From positions 22,534-86,533 of the forward strand of contig JAFTCL010000048.1 of assembly GCA_017454745.1 (NCBI GenBank): a stretch of DNA of 64,000 nt, written 5' to 3'. The position numbers and the translations under genes are program-made. This stretch comes from Kiritimatiellia bacterium (GTDB taxonomy: Bacteria; Verrucomicrobiota; Kiritimatiellia; RFP12; UBA1067). Of the stretch, positions 47,357 through 56,279 are shown one piece after another. The notes below the pieces were generated by a model. The model was not told the DNA's origin. It saw nothing but the letters and a program-made list of their open reading frames with translations, and did not search any database. Numbering within the stretch: position 1 is the stretch's first letter; the number at the start of each line of letters is the position of its first letter.

Positions 47357-47787
47357 TTGTTTTTCTTGCTGTCCAAGCGAAAAGCCTTTGGCAGCAATTC
47401 ACCCAACGTGACTGCCGTCACTCGTCGTCCGGTCAGTCCCGCCACAAAAATTTGCAGTCCGTCTCTCACGAATTCCGCCATCACCTGCCGGCACGCGCCG
47501 CAGGGCATCGCTGGATCGCGCGAGGTTCCTCCGGTCACCGCGATCGCCGCCAGTTCGCGGCAGCCGGAGCTGACGGCCTTAAACATTGCGGTGCGTTCGG
47601 CGCACACCGTGAGTCCTGATGACGCGTTTTCCACGTTGCAGCCGGTGAAGATCTGTCCGTCGGATGTAAGCGCCGCCGCCCCCACGGGATACCCGGAGTA
47701 TGGACAGTAAGCTTGTCCCGCCGCTTCGCGGGCGGCTTTTATCAGCAAATCAACCACCTGTTTAGGGATAACCGGTTCTTGTCGCAT
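47353..47787 (-). CDS. cdd: Cytidine deaminase
   Basis: Zinc-binding motifs CAERTA and PCGACRQ. 144 aa. Confidence 0.8.
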   Translation of the reverse strand: MRQEPVIPKQVVDLLIKAAREAAGQAYCPYSGYPVGAAALTSDGQIFTGCNVENASSGLTVCAERTAMFKAVSSGCRELAAIAVTGGTSRDPAMPCGACRQVMAEFVRDGLQIFVAGLTGRRVTAVTLGELLPKAFRLDSKKNK

Positions 47788-47800
47788 CGCATTCCCTTTC

Positions 47801-50038
47801 TTAATTGTCCGTTTCCGTGAACTTCAGTTCCACAGCAACCGTCCGTGTTTCCGGCGTTTCCACTGTCACCGCATAAATCTCGCCGTACGATTCCGGTTTT
47901 CCCCGCAGAACTGCGCCCGGCACCTGTGTCACTCCCGCGCATGAAAATCCTTTTGGCACCGCGAACCGCAGGGCCAGCGGGAAACCGCCTACCGCCTCTA
48001 CCTCTGTTGTGAGCTTCCCGTTATCCCAACGGCTGTCTTTCAATTCCACCGCGCCTTGGGTGAGGTGGCGGTCGCTGGTGAGAAACTGCGGCCGCCCGGC
48101 ATCCGGTTGCAACGCCACCAGCCGCACTGAACGCGGCGGCACTTCCAGCTCCAGCCGCGACTGAAGACGTCCCAGCCATTTGCCTTCCCAAAACTCCCAG
48201 CCCAAAAAGTTCTTTTCCGGATCCTCTCCGATTTCGCCCCAGTCCACGCCTATCCGCTGTGGATGGTCACTCCAATTGAACAGTGCCGTCACGTGCCACG
48301 AGCCGAATTTGCGCCGCACCGCCAAATCCCATACCGGCAAATGTCCGAACCTTGGGCACAGCGCAACCGGGTGGATGTCGCAGACCGGCAGCGACTGTTG
48401 CAGCAGCCGGATGCGGTCGGGCGCGAGTTCGCCCAGCTTGTCGCCGGCGAACATCTGTTGGCCTGGCAGTGCCACGATTGTGGTTTCGACCCGCGCTTGT
48501 TCGATATCCAGCGCTTGCTGGCTGATCATCATACAGTCGGGATCGGACCAGAAGACCACGTTGTGGGCGAAGATCTGGTTGATGGTGCATCGCGCTTGCA
48601 GCAGAATGTTCGCCCATTTCACCGGCTGGTTGGGGTGGACGATATCCGCGCCGGTGCGGGAAGCGTCGGCGTATGCCGCTTCCGCCCCGGTGAAATGCCC
48701 CTGGCACGCCAGCAGGATCCGATCGGTGCCGATACCGTCGCGGAAGGCTTTAACGCACAGCTCAAAGGGGTTTGGGCATGACGGGTCGCTGAAACATTTG
48801 CGGATTTCCGGGCGTTCGTACAGGTGGGCGCAGTAACCCGGCCCGCGACCGCTCATGCCGTCGATTTTAAAGAACTCGTATCCCCAGTCGTGCGATGCCT
48901 TGTCGAAGATGCCCCGCAGATGTTCGCGCGCCGCCTTGACCGTCGGGTCGAGCGTGTATTTGCCGTTCCAGCAACCAACCGGGGAACCGTCGCCCCGGTG
49001 CAGGAACCAATCCCGGTGCGCCCGGTAAAACTCTTCGTTGCCGGTACCGAACGGCGCCACCCAAAGACCGGGGCGAAATCCGAGTTTCCTGATTTCGCCC
49101 GCCAGCCATTTCATGCCCTCTGGGAACTGTTCCGGATGGTGTTCGAGATTCATGTTGTGGAACTTCGAGACCGGCAATTCGCTGGAATTGGCCTGCCAGG
49201 ACTCGATTGACCAGATTTCCAGCCCGAACGGTTTTAGGAACTTCGCGCCCAACCGCGCCTCGGCAAGGTTTTCCTTTGAGCCAGCTTTGTCGAAGTAGGT
49301 GTTCCAGCTCATCCAGCCGGTTGGCGGGCGCGGGGCGCGGGAACGGTCGATCGGCCTGTAGTACGGTACCCAGCGGTTTTTGTAGTAATCCCGTTCCAGC
49401 GCGATGGTAAACTCCGCCTTCGCCGCGTCGTCAATACGCCCCTCGAATCCGAAGTCCCAGCCGCCGCCGGGATGTGCGGACAACGTTAGCTTTGCGGCAT
49501 CCAACCGCAACGCGCAGTCGTTTTCCGGGGAAAACAGCGTGTCGTTCAACAGCGAGTCGGCATCGCCCGCCGCCAATTGCAACACCCGTCCGCCCGGCGA
49601 TCTGGTGCGGGCGGCAAAGGCGTCTGGGAAAAATTTCGCCGTTCCTTGAAACGACAGCGTTCCGGGGTAGGCAAGCGCGGTACGGTGATATACTAACAGC
49701 CGGAGCCGCCCGCCGTCGGGTTGAAATGTCACGTACCCCTGTGCGTCGCCGTTGGGGTCGATTAACGCCAGCCGTTGCCTCGCTCCGTCGCGTGGATCTT
49801 CAATCCGCCATTTGCGGTCGGCCGGAACCTCGTGCCCAATGGTTTCGGAAGCGTTGGCCTTGGCCGGGCCTAAAAACGACAGCGTCCCGGAAAGTTCGGT
49901 TCCGGTGGCGGGGTGGGAGAGTTTGAGGGATTCGGACGATGGCGAAAAATCCACCCGCCATTCGCCGGCGTCAAAAACGGTGTCACCGTTGACGGTCGCA
50001 GCGATCATCAATAGCGTAAAAAAAAACGTTCCGCGCAT
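47801..50038 (-). CDS. Secreted alpha-galactosidase-like glycoside hydrolase (clan GH-D; GH36-like)
   Basis: Signal peptide. Candidate nucleophile region GYEFFKIDG (KxD) and GFRPGLWVAPFGT, equivalent to GLW.EPE in GH36. Confidence 0.5.
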   Translation of the reverse strand: MRGTFFFTLLMIAATVNGDTVFDAGEWRVDFSPSSESLKLSHPATGTELSGTLSFLGPAKANASETIGHEVPADRKWRIEDPRDGARQRLALIDPNGDAQGYVTFQPDGGRLRLLVYHRTALAYPGTLSFQGTAKFFPDAFAARTRSPGGRVLQLAAGDADSLLNDTLFSPENDCALRLDAAKLTLSAHPGGGWDFGFEGRIDDAAKAEFTIALERDYYKNRWVPYYRPIDRSRAPRPPTGWMSWNTYFDKAGSKENLAEARLGAKFLKPFGLEIWSIESWQANSSELPVSKFHNMNLEHHPEQFPEGMKWLAGEIRKLGFRPGLWVAPFGTGNEEFYRAHRDWFLHRGDGSPVGCWNGKYTLDPTVKAAREHLRGIFDKASHDWGYEFFKIDGMSGRGPGYCAHLYERPEIRKCFSDPSCPNPFELCVKAFRDGIGTDRILLACQGHFTGAEAAYADASRTGADIVHPNQPVKWANILLQARCTINQIFAHNVVFWSDPDCMMISQQALDIEQARVETTIVALPGQQMFAGDKLGELAPDRIRLLQQSLPVCDIHPVALCPRFGHLPVWDLAVRRKFGSWHVTALFNWSDHPQRIGVDWGEIGEDPEKNFLGWEFWEGKWLGRLQSRLELEVPPRSVRLVALQPDAGRPQFLTSDRHLTQGAVELKDSRWDNGKLTTEVEAVGGFPLALRFAVPKGFSCAGVTQVPGAVLRGKPESYGEIYAVTVETPETRTVAVELKFTETDN

Positions 50039-50061
50039 TTCTGCCTCTCCATTATTATAGG

Positions 50062-50451
50062 TTAATCCATCGCGCCCGCCTTAGGATCGGGGCCGAAACG
50101 GTTAGCTCCGAGAGTGCCTTCGCGGATCAGTAGGAGGAGGCATAGCCAGATTGGTCCGATAATCGGAATCAGGAAAATAAAAAACCACCAACCACTTTTG
50201 TCGCAGTCATGCAACCGGCGTACTGTCACCGCGAGTCTAGGCAAAAGCACCGCCAACGAGTAGAATGTGGACAAAGATCCGATAGCGGTAGGAAGAATAG
50301 ATCCCCGCAAGCGGTGGGACACAAAACCGATAGCCACAATGATAATAAAATCAAACAGTGTGAAACCCCAATATTCTTTGCGGCGGGCCCGGCCGCTGAA
50401 ATCCAAATACTTTGTCGTGACTGCTTGTACAAAAAAATCAAACAGATTCAT
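50062..50451 (-). CDS. DUF805-family inner-membrane protein
   Basis: GRARRKEYWGFTLF...RRLHDCDKSGWW...G.NRFGPDP matches the DUF805 pattern. Confidence 0.6.
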   Translation of the reverse strand: MNLFDFFVQAVTTKYLDFSGRARRKEYWGFTLFDFIIIVAIGFVSHRLRGSILPTAIGSLSTFYSLAVLLPRLAVTVRRLHDCDKSGWWFFIFLIPIIGPIWLCLLLLIREGTLGANRFGPDPKAGAMD

Positions 50452-50597
50452 TTACGACCTCCTGGTTTCCCCCGTCATATCCCGGCGCGCCAAGCGCCAC
50501 AACCATCAAAACTGCGAATATGGTACAATTTACCGCGAAAACAAGCAAGGCGAAATTTTGAACAACGAATAAGGTCGAAATCGCCCCGAAGGCGGGG

Positions 50598-50626
50598 TTG
50601 ACAACATGTTACTCCTTTGCTAAAAT
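50598..50626 (+). promoter_or_regulatory. Putative sigma70 promoter: TTGACA, 17-nt spacer, TAAAAT
   Basis: Consensus -35 at the optimal spacing to a good -10. Lies in an AT-rich region ~120 nt upstream of the giant gene ATG. Confidence 0.5.
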
Positions 50627-50744
50627 TTTAACAGTTTTTTGTTAAGTGGTTTTGTGTCTTTTTGTGTTTATTCGTCGCAAATGAGAGTGCGCTGACGGTT
50701 AAACGATAAATGACAAAAAACATGGGAAGGGAAAAAGATGGGAG

Positions 50745-53700
50745 TTGTCTATGACTGACTTGAAATGTTTGAGCGGCGCGGTGGCGCTTTTCGCGCTTAC
50801 GCTTGGCGCGGTGGAACTTGAGACCGCCGGTGAGCTGCTGGTGGATCTCGACGCATCGACGCTGTCGGGATATTCGGAAGGTGACGGTGTTAGGGTGTGG
50901 CCCAATGCGGGCAGTCAGGCCGACTTCGTCTATGTTGACACCCACAGCAAGAATACTCCCCCGACCTACCGCCTCCGCAACGGTGCGCCGGCTCTGCGCT
51001 TCCTCGGCTCCGCATCGGGCAGCATGACGAACAACGTGCCCATGCCCGATTCGCTCACGGGCAACAGCGCCTGGACGGTTGAAGGATGGATCGCGCCCAC
51101 GCAAGAGAGAACGGATTTCCGCTACTTCCTGAGCATGCCGTATTATAAGGAAGGCACTTCCTCCACGCCCGAAGCCTACAAGCGCTGGGCGTTCCGCATG
51201 GACATGAAGACCGACCTCTATGCCGTGGAGCACAACTCATATCAGCTCTACTGGGGCCGTCGCAGTCCGGAGAATGCGATTTACCGCCCCGAGGTCGGGA
51301 AGTGGCACCACATCTGCGTTGTGCACGAGGCATCGGGCTACGAGCGCGTCTATGTGAACGGCCGTGTCGCCTCGGTGGGAAACACCGCGCTCAACCTCTC
51401 AAACGCGGATCCGAGCTTTTTCATCATCTCCGGCATCTACCGCCAGTCGACCGGCGCATGGGAGCGCCAGAACTATGCCGACTACGGACGCATCCGCATC
51501 CAGACCGGGGCGCTCATGACCGCGCAGGTGATCAGCAACTACAATGCCGAGAAGGAGCATTACGGCGTGACCGACGTGCCGGACACGCTCTGGACCGACG
51601 GCGCCACCTGGTACAACGGCAAGGCGCTCGCGCTTGACGACAATCTCATCATCGAGGGAGACCAGCCGCTTGTGATCGACAACGGCGCGAGCAACGCCGT
51701 GCACTTCATCACGGTGAACGCGGCGAAGAACACGGGGCTCACGATCGACAACGGCAGCATGCTCACGGTCGCCTACGGCAACGACCTTGTCCAGCTCGGC
51801 AACGTCGCCGGCGGCACGTTCTCGCTTCTGGTTCCGAACGGAACATTCGCCACCCCGAACAATTCGATCACGCTCGGCCTCTACAACAGCGGCGTGGGCG
51901 TGATTGGCGGCCGCGAGGACGCCTTGGGCATCGTCAACTGCGGCAGCTCCCTGCGCGTGGGGCACTATCCCGGCGGTTCGGGCGAATTCACCATCAAGAC
52001 GAACGGCATCGTGAACATTGCAAGCACCATCCGCATTGCCGACGGCAATGATGCCGAGGGTCATATAACGGTGGAGGAGGGCGGCGAGCTCACGGTTCTG
52101 GGCGACACGTACATCTGCTCCGGCACCGGGACGGGCGTTCTCGACGTGTACGGCACGTTCACCCACGGCACGGCCGACACCACGCCGACCTGCTACATTG
52201 CGGGCAGTGCGACCGGCGTCGGCACGCTTAACTTCCATCCCGGCTCCGTCGCCAACATCCAGATCTTCCGCAGCACCTCCGGCTCCACCACGAGCACGGT
52301 CAACATCGACGGCGCGACCTTGCGCACAATGCGCGGGCGCACATCGATCGTCGAGCCGCCCGTCATATTCAACATCAAGAACACGGTGACGTTCGACATC
52401 CCCGCGGGCATGAACGGCACGATCCGCACCACGGTCAACGACCTGACGGAGAACGGCGCGGCCACCATTGTCAAGACTGGCGGCGGCATTTTGTTCCTTA
52501 CGCCAAACGACGGTCAGACGCCAAGCGACATCTCCTCGACGTTCATCGTAAGGGAGGGCCAAGTCACGATCGGCAACGCAAACGCGCTCGCCGCCAGCTC
52601 CACGGCCACCTTCAAGCTCGAGGGCGGCACGGTGAGCGCCGACTACGTAGGCGGCGCGGCGGCGCTTCTCGCGCGCATCGACAAGTCGTCCGTGGGCAAC
52701 TTCATGCTCCACGGCAACAACGTGGCGGAGAATCTCGACTTCTCCGAGTATCCCGGTCTCACCATCATCCCCAATGGTACCTTCACGTACACGGGAACGA
52801 TAACGCCTTACCAGAACAAGTACATCTTCCGCCCCACTAATGGTCTCATGGTCTATGCCGGCAACATCTCCGACAAGGACGGGTTCCCCGCGTCAGTCGA
52901 AATCTACGGCGCGACAGATACGGACGGCGTGACGCTTTCCGGCCTTAACGACGGCATGAGCGGCAACATCAGCGTGTACAAGGGCATCCTCGGCATCTCC
53001 GGCTCGTCGTATGCGGCGGGTAACCCAGACTTGACGAAACTCTATTTCGCGGAAGGCACCTCCTTCAAGCTTGACGCGCTTGTGGGCTCGACCTTCTTCA
53101 CTTCGCGGATTGCCGAAGGCTCTAAGCCGGCGGCGATTCTGCTCACCGACAACTCCGCGAACTGCAGCGTCGATCTTTCCCGTTTCCCCGGCTGTCGCCT
53201 GGGTACCGACAAGACCGGTTCGGTCATGATTCAGACGGGCTCGATTTTCCCGAACGCCGACAATGTCTTCCTGCTTGGTGGCGGTGCCGTGCCGTATTAC
53301 CAGACGAGCCATCCGGGCTTCCAGCCCTCAGTTATGTCGGACAACTCCGCCGGCGCGGCTCGCGTTGAGGTGGGGACGGTCGGTATCGTCAACCTTTCGA
53401 ATGCGGCAAACACCTATTCCGGCGGCACGTCGATTCTCGACGGCGGCACCGTCTTCGTGACGGCGGACGGATTCGGCGCCATCCCGGCGGAATTCGATGA
53501 GGACAACATCTACATCAACGGCGGTATCCTCCGCAACGGCAACACCGTTTTCTCCCTTGCCCCGACGCGCGGCGTTAAAATCGGTCCGGACGGCGCGATA
53601 CTCCATCCTTGGGGTACCTACTCAATTGAAATCCCCGGCGGCTTGACCGGCGCCGGACCGGTCCAGATCACCGACGGCGGCTTTATCATTCTGTCGGGCG

Positions 53701-56000
53701 CCAACAACACCTTCCAGGGTCCGGTGACGGTAACCCAGGCCAATCAGGTGTTGACGATCGGCGGCGACGAGAACTTCTCGTGGGCTTCGACGGACGGCAT
53801 CTCCACTCCCGGCAAGGTGGTCCTCAAGAACTCGGATGACGATACGTTCAACGATGTCGTTTCCGGAACTGGCAGCCTAGAGAAGCAGGGTGAAGGGCGT
53901 ATGACGCTCACTAAATCCCAGTCCTATTCGGGCGCGACCTCCGTCGAAGCCGGAACGCTCGTTTTCGCTGACGGTGTTAATCTGGCTAATACTTCAACCT
54001 TCCGCAACAACGGGGAGGTCTTCCTCGATTCGTTCGACATACTGGGTACCGGAGCTATTTCCGGTTCCGGGCGTTTCGTTGTCTCCGGCACGACCGATCT
54101 CGACGCGGCCCGCCTTGTCGGAAATCCGGACTTTGAGATCTTGGACGGTGCCTCGCTGGGCATTGATATGCCGGCCTTCAGCGAGAAGACTGAAGTGCGT
54201 CTCGATGACGGATCGAGCGTGACGCTCGGTAGCGGCATTGTAAACCAGGTAAACGGATTCGACCAGTTCTTGTTCAACGGCAGCGCGGTGCTTTCCGAAG
54301 GCAATCTGAAGCTGACACCGTATGCGACAGCCAATGTTGGCTCGGCGTTCTATTCCCGGCGCGTGCGCGTGACAGATCCTTGGGAGGCGACCTTCTCCTA
54401 TCAGGCGGGAGAACATGACGCTTGGACGACGGATCTGCTCGGCGCCGCGCTCGTCCTACAGAACGAAGTGGCGGGACCAAACGCGATTGGCAACGCATCG
54501 TCGGGTTCGACTTTGGGGTGCGCCTTTACCAAGTCCATCGGTATCATCATGCGTGTCGGCGTCGAATCCGATACCCGTGACCGTTACGGCTTCAGCAATG
54601 CCGGCACGATCTCGGACACCACCTCTTCGCGCTCCAACGCTATCGCGGCCGATGGCGGCAACGTGATCAAGATTACCGTGAGCTATGACGGCGCGGTCCT
54701 TAGTGCGTCGTGGGATTGCAACGGTACCGTTCGCCCGACAAGTGGCCCGATGACATGGACGGTTGACCTAAAGTCGATTCTCGGCAGCGAATACGCGTGG
54801 ATCGGCTTCACGGGTACCACGGGCGCTTCGACCGGATGCGAGCAGACGATCAGCGGCTTCTCGTTCCGCAGCATCTCGGATGGCGCAAGCATTCCCGGCA
54901 TCGGCGAAACGGGCTGGACGCATACGAAATACGCGCCGACCTACACGACGGTCGACGACAAGCCGGCGTTCCAGTTAACGCCGTATGCGGAATCCACCCG
55001 GAGTGCGACTTGGAACTCGACGCGCGTATATGTGAACCGTCCTTTCCGTGCGACATTCAAGTATCGCGTGACCCAGCACACTGCCTCCCCGGCGGACGGC
55101 ATGGCGATTGTTCTCCAGAACTTCTCGTCCAACGCTGCGGACTGCTACGGTCAGACGGGTGGAAAACTCGGCATCGTCTATAACGATGGTTCCGATCGCA
55201 CGAAGACGGCGGGCTGGGGTATCAACCTCTACCCGAGCCAAAACGACCAGTGCTTCAAGTATGTGTTGGACGGCCTCTTCTCCGGCGATACCGTTCCCCT
55301 TACGGCATGGGATCTCGCTGACGGCGAAGATACCGAATTCACGCTGTCGTATGATTTGCGCGAGCTGACGCTGACGGCGACCCGTGGCAATTCCTACGTT
55401 TCCGCTTCGCGCGAAGTCAATTTGGCGTCGGTAATGGGTGACAACACGGCGTGGATCGGCTTCACGGGTGCTACGGGCGGATCGTATGCCTGCCAGATTG
55501 TGTACGATTTCTCGTTCGCCTACGAGGAGATGGATATCTCGCGTTATGCCAACCCGTTCGTGGTTGATGGTGCGGTACAGATGAATCTCGGCATGGGCAC
55601 GGTAGGTTTCTCCGATTTGATCCTGCAAGATGGCGCAAATCTCTCAATCGGTTCGGCGTCCGCCCCGGCGGTTGAACTGGCCGGTACGACGCTTTCGGGC
55701 GGAGCGACGGTCTCGTCGGTCGCCGCTGTGCCGATCATTCTCGGGGACACGATTTCGTTCGATTCTTCCACCGGCGTTCTCAAGCTGGTGGGCGATGTGC
55801 GCGCGAACGGCAAGGTGAAACTGGAACTCTCGTCCTTCAATGGTACGCGCAACCTCATCGATCTTACTGAGGCGACAACGTCGCTTACGGCAGACGATTT
55901 TGAGGTGACGGGTGAGGTTCCCCCGCTGTTGCATCTCGACATCAAGGACGGAATGGTCCGCATCTGGCGCGATGTTTCGACGATTATGATTCTCCGCTAA
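50745..56000 (+). CDS. Giant secreted lectin-like surface protein: N-terminal LamG-like domain, a long autotransporter-associated beta-strand (PATR) repeat region, and two L-type (legume-like) lectin domains
   Basis: Signal-like N-terminus. PATR units such as GTGSLEKQGEGRMTLTKSQSYSGATSVEAGTLVF. Two lectin domains marked by AWIGFTGTTG / AWIGFTGATG and ATFSYQ / ATFKYR. 1751 aa. Confidence 0.7.
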   Translation: MSMTDLKCLSGAVALFALTLGAVELETAGELLVDLDASTLSGYSEGDGVRVWPNAGSQADFVYVDTHSKNTPPTYRLRNGAPALRFLGSASGSMTNNVPMPDSLTGNSAWTVEGWIAPTQERTDFRYFLSMPYYKEGTSSTPEAYKRWAFRMDMKTDLYAVEHNSYQLYWGRRSPENAIYRPEVGKWHHICVVHEASGYERVYVNGRVASVGNTALNLSNADPSFFIISGIYRQSTGAWERQNYADYGRIRIQTGALMTAQVISNYNAEKEHYGVTDVPDTLWTDGATWYNGKALALDDNLIIEGDQPLVIDNGASNAVHFITVNAAKNTGLTIDNGSMLTVAYGNDLVQLGNVAGGTFSLLVPNGTFATPNNSITLGLYNSGVGVIGGREDALGIVNCGSSLRVGHYPGGSGEFTIKTNGIVNIASTIRIADGNDAEGHITVEEGGELTVLGDTYICSGTGTGVLDVYGTFTHGTADTTPTCYIAGSATGVGTLNFHPGSVANIQIFRSTSGSTTSTVNIDGATLRTMRGRTSIVEPPVIFNIKNTVTFDIPAGMNGTIRTTVNDLTENGAATIVKTGGGILFLTPNDGQTPSDISSTFIVREGQVTIGNANALAASSTATFKLEGGTVSADYVGGAAALLARIDKSSVGNFMLHGNNVAENLDFSEYPGLTIIPNGTFTYTGTITPYQNKYIFRPTNGLMVYAGNISDKDGFPASVEIYGATDTDGVTLSGLNDGMSGNISVYKGILGISGSSYAAGNPDLTKLYFAEGTSFKLDALVGSTFFTSRIAEGSKPAAILLTDNSANCSVDLSRFPGCRLGTDKTGSVMIQTGSIFPNADNVFLLGGGAVPYYQTSHPGFQPSVMSDNSAGAARVEVGTVGIVNLSNAANTYSGGTSILDGGTVFVTADGFGAIPAEFDEDNIYINGGILRNGNTVFSLAPTRGVKIGPDGAILHPWGTYSIEIPGGLTGAGPVQITDGGFIILSGANNTFQGPVTVTQANQVLTIGGDENFSWASTDGISTPGKVVLKNSDDDTFNDVVSGTGSLEKQGEGRMTLTKSQSYSGATSVEAGTLVFADGVNLANTSTFRNNGEVFLDSFDILGTGAISGSGRFVVSGTTDLDAARLVGNPDFEILDGASLGIDMPAFSEKTEVRLDDGSSVTLGSGIVNQVNGFDQFLFNGSAVLSEGNLKLTPYATANVGSAFYSRRVRVTDPWEATFSYQAGEHDAWTTDLLGAALVLQNEVAGPNAIGNASSGSTLGCAFTKSIGIIMRVGVESDTRDRYGFSNAGTISDTTSSRSNAIAADGGNVIKITVSYDGAVLSASWDCNGTVRPTSGPMTWTVDLKSILGSEYAWIGFTGTTGASTGCEQTISGFSFRSISDGASIPGIGETGWTHTKYAPTYTTVDDKPAFQLTPYAESTRSATWNSTRVYVNRPFRATFKYRVTQHTASPADGMAIVLQNFSSNAADCYGQTGGKLGIVYNDGSDRTKTAGWGINLYPSQNDQCFKYVLDGLFSGDTVPLTAWDLADGEDTEFTLSYDLRELTLTATRGNSYVSASREVNLASVMGDNTAWIGFTGATGGSYACQIVYDFSFAYEEMDISRYANPFVVDGAVQMNLGMGTVGFSDLILQDGANLSIGSASAPAVELAGTTLSGGATVSSVAAVPIILGDTISFDSSTGVLKLVGDVRANGKVKLELSSFNGTRNLIDLTEATTSLTADDFEVTGEVPPLLHLDIKDGMVRIWRDVSTIMILR

Positions 56001-56020
56001 AGAGTGGACGGCTTGCAAGT

Positions 56021-56047
56021 CGGGCGGGGCTTTTTTGGCCCCGCCCG
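56021..56047. terminator. Rho-independent terminator-like hairpin, GGGCGGGGC-TTTTTT-GGCCCCGCCC, just downstream of the giant gene
   Basis: Perfect 9-bp GC stem with a T-rich loop/tail, 21 nt after the stop codon. Confidence 0.55.
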
Positions 56048-56279
56048 TTTGTCTTAAGGATAACACTGACGCCGCGATCAGCATTTGTGATGGTACTGGA
56101 CCAGATGGAAAGTAGATACAATGGCGGAGATACATACGGCCGGCTTCGGCGATGTTTTGCTTCGCCCGCGCCTCCTATTATCGGGATTGGTGGGCTGTTG
56201 CCATTATCTGATCTGCTGGAACCGGTTTCCGTAGCAACCCGCCCCGTAAGGATTAAGCGTGGGAATGGGATCGCATAGG

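Noticed and set aside
51399-52712. 437-aa minus ORF inside the giant lectin gene
   Set aside because: Antisense shadow of the repetitive, G/T-rich coding region.
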